The notes beneath the pieces were generated by a model, which saw only the letters and a program-made list of their open reading frames with translations, did no database searches and was not told the origin of the DNA. The translations under genes and the position numbers were made by a program. Shown in pieces: positions 24,166 to 32,299 of a stretch of DNA of 64,000 nucleotides. This DNA is from Piedraia hortae CBS 480.64. Its lineage: Eukaryota. The stretch covers positions 1 through 64,000 of the forward strand of contig MU005964.1 in assembly GCA_010093745.1 (NCBI GenBank), written 5' to 3'. The first letter of the stretch is position 1. Every line of letters starts with the position of its first letter.

Positions 24166-24945
24166 ATGCCACCAAATAGACGCTTCCGTGGCCTTGGCCT
24201 GATTGTCCTTTTAACCCTGTTCATCATCTTCTACCTTTCCAGCGGGCCCAAATCTACCCAAAACTCGCGCTTCTACACCCGCACCGTTGATGCTCTCAAA
24301 CATCGCCAAGAAGCCGGTGCGCGACAGCACGTTATTGAAAAGGAGAAGCAGCGGCTGGCTCGCGTTGAGCAGTTGCAAAAGGAACACGATGTCGCCATAT
24401 CTGCTCTCAAACCAGGCGCACTCGCCACAGAAACGCCGAAACCCGTAGCCGGGCGTAAGATAATTCCCGGCGAACGAATCGTTCAGACGAGACCGGCCCA
24501 CGATGACAACGATGGTGTAGCAAAAGTTGGCAACGTAGAATCCAAGCCTTCCGGGCCAGCAAAGAAAGGCTCGGTCGAAACCGAAGAGGATCATCGCGTG
24601 GAAGAGGAACTAAATGACATTCTCAAGAAGAGTCCCATTATAATCTTCAGCAAGTCGTATTGCCGGTTCAGCAAAAAGGCCAAGCACGTTCTGCTGGACT
24701 TGTACAACATCACCCCCGCGCCCTACGTCGTCGAGCTGGACAAGCACGAGCTCGGCTCATCCCTACAGAGCGCGTTAGGAAAATCGACTGGCAGACGGAC
24801 CGTTCCCAACGTTCTCATCAATGGCAAATCAATCGGCGGCGGAGACGACGTCGAGGCTCTCCATACAAGCGACAGGCTCATCAGCACAGTCTCGTCGATG
24901 GGCGGAAAGCGCGTGGAAATTCACAAAAAAACGACGACAAGATGA
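24166..24945 (+). CDS. Secretory-pathway monothiol glutaredoxin (Grx6/Grx7-like)
   Basis: N-terminal signal anchor. C-terminal Grx domain IIIFSKSYCRFSKKAK..PYVVELD..TGRRTVPNVLINGKSIGGGDD. Confidence 0.9.
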   Translation: MPPNRRFRGLGLIVLLTLFIIFYLSSGPKSTQNSRFYTRTVDALKHRQEAGARQHVIEKEKQRLARVEQLQKEHDVAISALKPGALATETPKPVAGRKIIPGERIVQTRPAHDDNDGVAKVGNVESKPSGPAKKGSVETEEDHRVEEELNDILKKSPIIIFSKSYCRFSKKAKHVLLDLYNITPAPYVVELDKHELGSSLQSALGKSTGRRTVPNVLINGKSIGGGDDVEALHTSDRLISTVSSMGGKRVEIHKKTTTR

Positions 24946-25229
24946 GGGCTGAGGTCAAGGCATGAGTGTATGATACCCCTAATTCGATTCGCCTAGCGAT
25001 GTGCATGTAGTCTTCAAAAGTGTTTGTTGTTCCCCATGCTGCCAGACCGTTACGATATTAATCTGCGAACAAGCAGAATATGTATTGCAGCCAAAAAAGG
25101 TTAGCGTGCCACGGTTCTTGTTCCGCGGAATGCACACTCTTATTTTTTTTTTTCCGCCGTTCAACCTATTGCAAACAATCCTCCGACATGTCTCGGTCTC
25201 GGTAAGTGCTCCCCTTTGCCATACATAAC

Positions 25230-25303
25230 ATGATGCGAACTTTGAACAATCCAAATCCTATAGCATCGTGAAGGACTCTATGCAAACTCTAGAATTACTC
25301 TGA
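25230..25303 (+). ncRNA. Box C/D snoRNA 1 (predicted guides: 18S A159-equivalent and 25S A-loop G2917 region)
   Basis: C box ATGATGC, D box CTGA. CTCTAGAATTAC complements 18S GUAAUUCUAGAG (+5 = the human Am159/SNORD45 site). TGAACAATCCAA complements 25S UUGGAUUGUUCA. Confidence 0.8.
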
Positions 25304-25438
25304 CCTTTCCCTACGTCTGCAATCCTGACGCGCGGCGAAGACTGGCTGACTGCGTGCAGTGATCGTTGCAGTGCCTGATAAGAAGCAGGCTCTGCGAGAT
25401 GATATTGCAAAAGGTAAGCAGACTTCCCCCTCCCTATC

Positions 25439-25518
25439 ATGATGATACCTCGACAAAATGGCATTCCTCGATCTGAATTATACTGTCGAACGTTGTCAAT
25501 AGTTTCAGCCTTGTCTGA
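25439..25518 (+). ncRNA. snR41: Box C/D snoRNA 2, snR41-like (18S Gm1126) with a second guide to the 18S ~1572 region
   Basis: ATGATGA..CTGA(D')..CTGA. AGTTTCAGCCTTG complements 18S CAAGGCUGAAACU (+5 = G1126). GGCATTCCTCG complements CGAGGAAUGCC. Confidence 0.85.
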
Positions 25519-25597
25519 TTTGTTCCTCTACTACTAAGATGACTTGCTCAAGAACATGCTAACTGTCATCAGGTAAGCGCCCTCTGCTGGTCCCGCG

Positions 25598-25705
25598 ATG
25601 ATGAATTCCACAACGCAACGGGCGGTCAGAGCACACTCCCCACCATCGAGACTTACAACCTCGAACGTCGGGTGGGGTGTTGTTTGTTGAGAACGCGTTG
25701 ACTGA
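25598..25705 (+). ncRNA. snR70: Box C/D snoRNA 3, snR70-like (18S Cm1639)
   Basis: ATGATGA..ACGGGCGGT-CAGA(D') complements 18S ACCGCCCGU (+5 = C1639). Long internal hairpin CCCCACC..GGTGGGG, terminal CTGA. Confidence 0.85.
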
Positions 25706-25785
25706 GCGCTGTCATGCACTTTTTTAGTGCGTCCACGTTCATGGCTGACCTGGTCAGAGGTATGTAACGTTCTCATCTGCTCCGC

Positions 25786-25849
25786 ATGATGAAAGCATTT
25801 TGTTGTGGAACGGTTCGCCGTTATGAGCCACGTACACTGAAAATTCTGA
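25786..25849 (+). ncRNA. snR51: Box C/D snoRNA 4, snR51-like (25S ~U2729 region)
   Basis: ATGATGA..ACACTGAAAAT-T-CTGA complements 25S AUUUUCAGUGU. The order snR41-snR70-snR51 matches the known yeast cluster. Confidence 0.78.
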
Positions 25850-26031
25850 TTTAATGAGGTGTGTTTGATGTTGCTGCCGAATGCGAATGCGAATGCTGAC
25901 TGGTGTAGCCTGATGCGTTATTGCCACCCTGTTTCCGTCTCAGCCGTGGACGATACTGACTCTGTATCAGAACAGACGGCAATGGAGCATGGATAATATC
26001 TCAAAGGTAGGTGGCTCTCCCCACCCCGAAG

Positions 26032-26088
26032 ATGACGACGAATACATCTGTCTGCAACCTCTTTGAAGACTGAAATCAAAATCTCTGA
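26032..26088 (+). ncRNA. Box C/D snoRNA 5 (25S ~U2724 region, snR67-like target area)
   Basis: C box ATGACGA, D' CTGC, C' TTGAAGA, D CTGA. AAATCAAAATC complements 25S GAUUUUGAUUU. Confidence 0.7.
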
Positions 26089-26167
26089 TTCAATCGCTAT
26101 CAAGACATTCATGGATGCGGACGTACTGACTTTAATAGGGTGCGTTTCTTTCTCATTGCTACATACG

Positions 26168-26239
26168 AGGATGACAAAACCAATTTTCGCTGTGTTCTTG
26201 CCGAGCGCCGCGCTGAAGATATCTACCTTGGAGAACTGA
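26168..26239 (+). ncRNA. Box C/D snoRNA 6 (predicted guides: 5.8S A43 region and 25S site equivalent to human Cm2824)
   Basis: C box AGGATGA, D' CCGA, D CTGA. TTTCGCTGTGTTCTT complements 5.8S AAGAACGCAGCGAAA with one G:U pair. ACCTTGGAGA complements 25S UCUCCAAGGU. Confidence 0.8.
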
Positions 26240-26294
26240 TCGTCGAATTACCAATTGCCGAAGATGTCCTGGAACCGGCTAACTTTTGCAGCAA

Positions 26295-27476
26295 CTAGAT
26301 ATCCAAGCCATTTGTAACCTCGATATACTTTTCAAACTGTCTTAGAGCTTCACCAGAATCAATGCACTCCCTGGCCAACCTCGCTCCTTCTTTCCATCGT
26401 AGTCCCCCCGGCCCTCTCTCTTTGATCTTACACGTGTTATCATCCTCTGGTAAACCACTGATGGTTAGTAAAGCAGCCGTATTCAGCAGCACAAACTGTA
26501 GCACCGGATCGTTGGGATCCAGCTCTCCCTTTAATATCCTCATCAGCAACTCCGCATTCTCATCCGGGCCCTTTCCGCCCTCCACCTCAGTCAAAGGAAA
26601 CGTATCCAAGCCAAAATCTCTCGGATGAAGATTAAACCTTTCTATCCCATTCCCATCATCAATAAACCAGCAATCCGTCCCTCCCGCACACGAAATCTCA
26701 TCCAACCCCTCCTCTCCACACACAACCAACGCCTTCCTCGCCCCGGACAACCTAACCGCCTCCGCAAAATCTCCCCCCACCTCCTCCCTCGCAACGCCCA
26801 CAACCCTCGCCTCCACGTACTCCTGCACCGGATTCGCCAACGGGCCAAGCAAATTAAAAATCGTCCTAACAGGAACCTCCCTCCTCGTAGCCGCCAAATG
26901 CTGCAGACCAACATGCCACTCCCTCGCATACAGAAACGCATAATTACACCCCTCATAAACCCTCGCCAAAGTCTCTGCCCTCACGGCCTCCAGTCTCGGC
27001 GCACGAGGCACCACACGCGCCAACAGATCCGCGGACCCAGAGAGCGACGTCGACGAATTATTTCCATGTTTCCCGACCAAGAGCTTTGCGCTCGCGCAGA
27101 TGCTGGAGGTGGTGGAGATGTTGAACGTGTTGTGTCCGTCCCCGCCTGTGCCCACAATGTCGACTAACCCTCCCTTGTATCCGCCACGGGAGAGGGAGGG
27201 ACGCTTCGCGAGGAGGGTGGTGCTCAACGCTCCTGGATCAGGGTGTTCGCAGGCGGAGAGGAGCGATGCTGCGCACGAGTTTAGGACCGAGGGGGAGTGG
27301 TCTAATCTCGTTGTATGGAGGGACCAGAGGAGCAGAGCTGTCTGAATCGGCGAGACGCGGTTGTGGAGGATTAGGGATATTGCCGCGGAGATTTCGGATG
27401 ACAGATCGTTTCTTGGGGAGGTTGAGAGGGTTTTTAGCAGGGGGGAGATGGATATGTATCCTTCCGTGGAGGGCAT
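26295..27476 (-). CDS. TRP4: Anthranilate phosphoribosyltransferase
   Basis: VDIVGTGGDGHNTFNISTTS, KHGNNSSTSLSGSADLL, RTIFNLLGPLANP, GLDEIS. First ATG at 27476. Confidence 0.96.
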   Translation of the reverse strand: MPSTEGYISISPLLKTLSTSPRNDLSSEISAAISLILHNRVSPIQTALLLWSLHTTRLDHSPSVLNSCAASLLSACEHPDPGALSTTLLAKRPSLSRGGYKGGLVDIVGTGGDGHNTFNISTTSSICASAKLLVGKHGNNSSTSLSGSADLLARVVPRAPRLEAVRAETLARVYEGCNYAFLYAREWHVGLQHLAATRREVPVRTIFNLLGPLANPVQEYVEARVVGVAREEVGGDFAEAVRLSGARKALVVCGEEGLDEISCAGGTDCWFIDDGNGIERFNLHPRDFGLDTFPLTEVEGGKGPDENAELLMRILKGELDPNDPVLQFVLLNTAALLTISGLPEDDNTCKIKERGPGGLRWKEGARLARECIDSGEALRQFEKYIEVTNGLDI

Positions 27477-27611
27477 TATCTTGTTTTGTGTTTGTTTGGC
27501 GGGCGCATTCCGTCGTGCGTTCACGTGAATGCTAGATGGGGGGAGCTGGGCGGACGTGTTCCGCGATTTTGACGACGTCGTCGGGTGCGTGAGTTGCTGT
27601 CGCAGTCAGCA

Positions 27612-28382
27612 ATGCGGCCAAGGACGACATGGCTCCGTCTTACGCCTTGTTTTCGGCGCGATGCGTCTGTCCTTCACTCGCCGAATACGCATCGCTCGCC
27701 GCTGGCAAGGAAGACTCAGCTGCATCGACAGTACCAGTCTCTTCTCCGGTCTACGCCGCTTATGCTCTTCTTTCAGCACAATAGCCTTACGGCACGGGAG
27801 TGGGAGTCTGTGCGCAGGGAGTTGCGCCGTGCTGTTGGGGATGACGGCGCGGGGGCGGCGGTGCGGTTACAGGTCGTTGGGACGGGTATATTCGACTCCG
27901 CTCTCAGAGTCGTCGAGTTCTGGGATCGAGATACAGGCGGACTCAGCGAAGAGGCATGGAGAGCTACGTCAAAGGGTAACCAGCCAGACCTACACCACCC
28001 GTTTGAGGATATAACCTGCGGTCCCCTCGCCGTTCTCACCTTTCCCTCCATCGACCCTACCCTCGTCAAGGCAGCATTACAGATCCTCGCTCCGCAAGCC
28101 TCGGCCTTTCCCGCCCCAAAGAAGCGATTAACGCCATCGTACTATGAGCGGCCGGTACAAGACGGCGTCGCGAAGCTGATGCTGCTTGGCGCGCGAGTCG
28201 GGCGCAATGCACAGGATATTGACGGTGTGCGATGGCTGGGCTCTTTACCTAACCTAGACGGTCTACGCGCACAACTCGTCGCGATACTCTCCTCTGCGGG
28301 ACGCAGCGTAACTGATACCCTCTCCTCTCCAGGCCAGGGTTTGTACATTACCGTCGACGGACGGAGACGAATGTTAGAATAA
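27612..28382 (+). CDS. Mitochondrial ribosomal protein uL10m (Mrpl11-like)
   Basis: Arg-rich presequence; RKTQLHRQYQSLLRSTPLMLFFQHNSL, GPLAVLTFP, LPNLDGLRAQLVAIL. Confidence 0.85.
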   Translation: MRPRTTWLRLTPCFRRDASVLHSPNTHRSPLARKTQLHRQYQSLLRSTPLMLFFQHNSLTAREWESVRRELRRAVGDDGAGAAVRLQVVGTGIFDSALRVVEFWDRDTGGLSEEAWRATSKGNQPDLHHPFEDITCGPLAVLTFPSIDPTLVKAALQILAPQASAFPAPKKRLTPSYYERPVQDGVAKLMLLGARVGRNAQDIDGVRWLGSLPNLDGLRAQLVAILSSAGRSVTDTLSSPGQGLYITVDGRRRMLE

Positions 28383-28407
28383 ATCAACCCGACTGTAAAA
28401 ATAAAAA

Positions 28408-29721
28408 TCAAGCGGGAACACCTTCATATTCAATCCTATCCCCACCCTTTCTCCTCCTCCGTTTCGATTTCCGACTCCGTCTGCTCTTAACGCAGAGCAT
28501 CAACGCAGCCACCACGAAGACGACCACAGCGGAGACGATAGGAACCACAACGCGCCTCTCACCCTCATGACCCGTCTGCGTAAACGGACACTTGGTGTCC
28601 CGTCCAACAATCCAACACTCTTCCTCTCCTAAAGAATTAAAATCAACCCATACATATCCCTTCGTAGCGGTAGAATTGATCAAATGGCGATTCTCCAGCG
28701 GTGTCCTCGGCGCAGCGAATTTGTTGTTTCCACCACAGATGTCCTGACTCTGGGAGTAACTCCCCTCCCGAGCGGGAATTGTCCATGTATATGCCCCCCC
28801 GTTCACGCGGCAAGCGGGTCGATACCTCTCCTCGCAGCTTTTCGCGTGCCACTTTCCCGTAGAGGTGTCGACTACGGCGCAGCGTCCCTCCTCCGGCTCA
28901 TCGCCTGAGAAGGGAAATCGCGAAGCATCTATGAACGCCTCGTATTCTCCAGATGAGGCGGAGGGGGCGAGGATAGGCGCGATGCCACAGTTCATCACGC
29001 CAGCCACCTCACCCGCCCCATCGACCGCGGCAGCGGCGAAGGTATTGTTTCCCCTCCCCGGCCACGCGGTCGACGCATCAAAGCACTCCCCGGGCTGCAC
29101 CATGTGAATCGTCTCCCCAGCGAAGAAGTCATCTGAATCGTCACTACTCCCTACATCCCCATCCCTCGTTATATCCACCACCACCCTCCTCCGGTGTTGT
29201 AACAACACAAACCCCTCCGTCGGCCACCCGTTCTCAGTCTGCAATCCACTCCCCTCTTCGGTGATGGTGAAGTACCCCCGCTCGGGACGGACATCAGCCC
29301 GCGCGCCGAACCAGCTCCGTGCGCCGTTGAGGTTGTGGCGCTCCGCGCGGAGGGTGCGGGGGGTGTAGATGTATTCTCCCAGGGGCTCTAGCGAGCCTTC
29401 GGCGGAGGGGGGGCCGCCTTGGAGGTGGAGGGTGAGGTAGATTAGCGATGCTGTCAGGGTTGTTTGGGTGGTGTGGAGGTAGGTGGAGAGAGTTGTGGAG
29501 AGGGATGAGAGGCTTGTGCCGGAGGGGGTCGCCCAGTCGGATGCCCCTGCGGGGTAGGCTAGGGTGAGGATTAGGCGGCGGAAGCCGAGGGTTAGGAGGT
29601 GAGTGAGTTGGAGGGGAGTGCAGTCTGTGAGGTTTATGCCGGGGAGGGCGTTGGTGTACGATATTGGGATCGTAAGGGTTAGGGAGCGGGAGGCGAGGGT
29701 TTGGAGGTCGGGGGGTTGCAT
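28408..29721 (-). CDS. MTC6: Mtc6-like membrane protein with a C-type lectin-like domain
   Basis: LGFRRLILTL, TENGWPTEGFV, CGIAPIL, CAVVD..W..SCEERYRPAC, APRTPLEN, WVDFNSL..ECW, then a C-terminal TM helix, basic tail and YEGVPA. Confidence 0.8.
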   Translation of the reverse strand: MQPPDLQTLASRSLTLTIPISYTNALPGINLTDCTPLQLTHLLTLGFRRLILTLAYPAGASDWATPSGTSLSSLSTTLSTYLHTTQTTLTASLIYLTLHLQGGPPSAEGSLEPLGEYIYTPRTLRAERHNLNGARSWFGARADVRPERGYFTITEEGSGLQTENGWPTEGFVLLQHRRRVVVDITRDGDVGSSDDSDDFFAGETIHMVQPGECFDASTAWPGRGNNTFAAAAVDGAGEVAGVMNCGIAPILAPSASSGEYEAFIDASRFPFSGDEPEEGRCAVVDTSTGKWHAKSCEERYRPACRVNGGAYTWTIPAREGSYSQSQDICGGNNKFAAPRTPLENRHLINSTATKGYVWVDFNSLGEEECWIVGRDTKCPFTQTGHEGERRVVVPIVSAVVVFVVAALMLCVKSRRSRKSKRRRRKGGDRIEYEGVPA

Positions 29722-30459
29722 CACAGGAGTTATGAGGTTCGGTCAGGGGCGGCTCGTCGGGTAGAGGCGGTCATAGATACAGATGGTTGATGTGTCGCAA
29801 GGCGGGAGGGGCTAGGATGTTTTGGGGTTAGTGAAATATTAGCTGATTGGCTGAGAAGCCTGCGATTGGAGTCGCTTGGCTGGATTAGGCTTGGGGTGGC
29901 TTGCCTTCCTTTGTTCGTTCAACGAATAACAGGTTCCCTATGTCTTTGATGAAGTGCAGTGCGTCAGAGTTGGAGAGGTTCGATGTTTCGACCCAACTAT
30001 TGCAGGTAAAGGTTTCGAATAGCGCCGGTATGCGTGATGAGCCCGTGGCAGTCGGTGTCTGTTGCCTTGCCTGGCTTGGGTATAGCTGTCCCGAGCGAAC
30101 TTACACAAAAATAGCTTCCGTCTACCCTAAGGCTGCCGTCAGCCAGTGCTTTCACATCGTCGAGCTATCTTCACGGATTGCTTTGGTTCTCTGACATTGC
30201 TGCCGATGAGCGCCCTAAAGATGGAAAAGTGGATTGAAAACTAACAAAACGATCGGATGAGTATATGGCTCACGGCTGATGAACTTTTTTTGCGACACTA
30301 TTTGAGGAGGCACGTAACTGGGGGTGGGATTAAGTCACTAGTTCGTGGTGCTCCAAGTTGGACGATTGAGAGCATGCAGCCATGTACAAACAATTTCACG
30401 TCCACTCGAGCTGCCAAGCCCGATCACTTCCCTGGCATTCTAGTGTTGATGGTCCTCAA

Positions 30460-31790
30460 CAGAATGGATGATCCTCATCTCCAAAGCGTTGGCTAAGCGA
30501 GGCTCTCATCTCCATACGTACTTTGCAGCTGCCACTTTCCGTCACTATATTTCGCAGTATTTTTCTGTCCACTTTCAGTGTCCTTCAAGATTATACGCCA
30601 CCAAGAAAAAATTCGACTACTGGTACTTGCGTTTACGGTTCCCGCTCAAATTGTTGCTGGTCCACCCCCCTCTTTCCACAGCGAGTTTGGCATTATAATC
30701 GATCCGCCCGCTGAAAGGACAAGATCTTGCGGCTGCAGCCCATAGGTTACTTCTCTTTGGCATCAATCCCTCAGCCAAAGACCTCCAGTTTGAGCAAATC
30801 GGACTTTCCTTGCTGGAAACGGATCAACTCGCAAACTCGTCCGGAAATGCAATCACCTTCCTTGTGCCGACTTTCACACGTCATGTGCTACACAAGCTCC
30901 GGTACAAACGAAGTTCAAGCTATAAATGAAGGTGCGCTTTCCGCAAGATTCGTGCTTTCGTCCAGCAAATGATCTCCTCACCATATACATACAGGTATGG
31001 GAGGTAGTGCCGCAAAACAGAAGTGTCATGCAAACTCATACACAATGGGAAAAACCTAAGGCAAGATTTCGCCCAGTGAAGCCATCCAGAATAAGATATC
31101 CCAGCAGGTCCTCTACGTATTGTGATTTTCCCACCCCATATGGGTACTCAAAAACGCCGCCGACATACGGGCAAGGAGCTGCTTACGTGCATCGAACCAA
31201 AACCTTTACACACTCGGCTTCATGCCGCACCAAGATGAGATTGGAATTTCCCGAAGAGGGAGGTAAGGAAGACAACGAGGGCGACCATATTTCAGAACTC
31301 GGGCGAGCCGGGCAGGATGTTCTACCTGACAGTGTCCTGGCCGTATCTCAAACAGCCATTTGGAACATCTGCAAACTCCTATGGACTGACCAAGGAGCGT
31401 GACAGTCACACCACCAAGCGGGAACCCTTAGCTATCGTCCGACTTCGCCCCTTCAATTCCCGTCAATGCACTGACAAACCACATGATCTTCCACCCCATA
31501 GTGATTTCCATGCCCCCGAAGATTTATCATCGCTGAGCGGGATCCAAAAGTAAGTGCACGGGAGACGCATTGCCTTAAGAGTGCTGACATGTTACAGGGC
31601 CATCCTGTTGGAAGACGGCCTCATGTAGCTGCGTCGAGAAGGGGGCCAACCAGCCAAACTTACCTCCGTCGGCCTCACCTCTTCTCTAAGAGACATCCTT
31701 GAGACTACAAACGAAGAGGATCTCCTAGAGGGCAATGCCACGCAAAGGCTATCAAGCTATTTCCTCACTGGCTTGCTTTAATGATATTTT
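30460..31790 (+). pseudogene. Unidentified decayed intron-containing gene relic
   Basis: Two well-formed introns (30932-30994 GTGCGC..CTCAC..CAG and 31550-31597 GTAAGT..GCTGAC..CAG) lie among short broken ORFs. No family recognised; boundaries approximate. Confidence 0.35.
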
Positions 31791-32299
31791 GCCGCTGCGT
31801 TCACGGATCTAGAGCTAAGAAAATGCACGGGGGCACGAGCTCACGATGAATTTCTGACTGTGATCCTGCGAGAAAATCGGACACGCGACAGGTACTGAGT
31901 CGGATGCATTACATAGCTGGTGATGCTCACGGAAGGACACTGACTATGCAGAAACATGATGATCTCGTCGACGAGATCCCTCGGGTGGCGAAAAGGCATG
32001 AAAGCCTTGAGGAATTAATTCCTGCATTGGCTTGCAGGGTACTGATCCATTGGGAAGAGATCTCTCTGCTTGTTGGAAAGTTGTTTCGTGAAATATGTCT
32101 GTCATTGAAAAAGTGAGTTTCAGTCAGTCCGTGTCGTAGCGAGGCAAAGATTTCATTTCCATATGATTGAAGGCGTCAGGGTTTGTCTACGATGGTAATT
32201 CCCCTAGACTGGCCTGAAGTCGTGAACGTATGGCCAGTTGCTTGCGTGAGAAAGTGTACAAACTGAATCCGCTATCATCTGATCTTCACAGACGAGCGG

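Larger units (their letters stand above)
25160..26294 (+). ncRNA. Non-coding snoRNA host gene with six consecutive introns
   Basis: Introns at 25202-25359, 25414-25572, 25573-25757, 25760-25908, 26007-26138 and 26140-26291. Each has a GT donor, an RCTRAC branch site and a YAG acceptor, and each holds one C/D snoRNA. The ATG at 25188 gives only a 10-codon ORF after splicing. Transcript ends are approximate. Confidence 0.88.
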
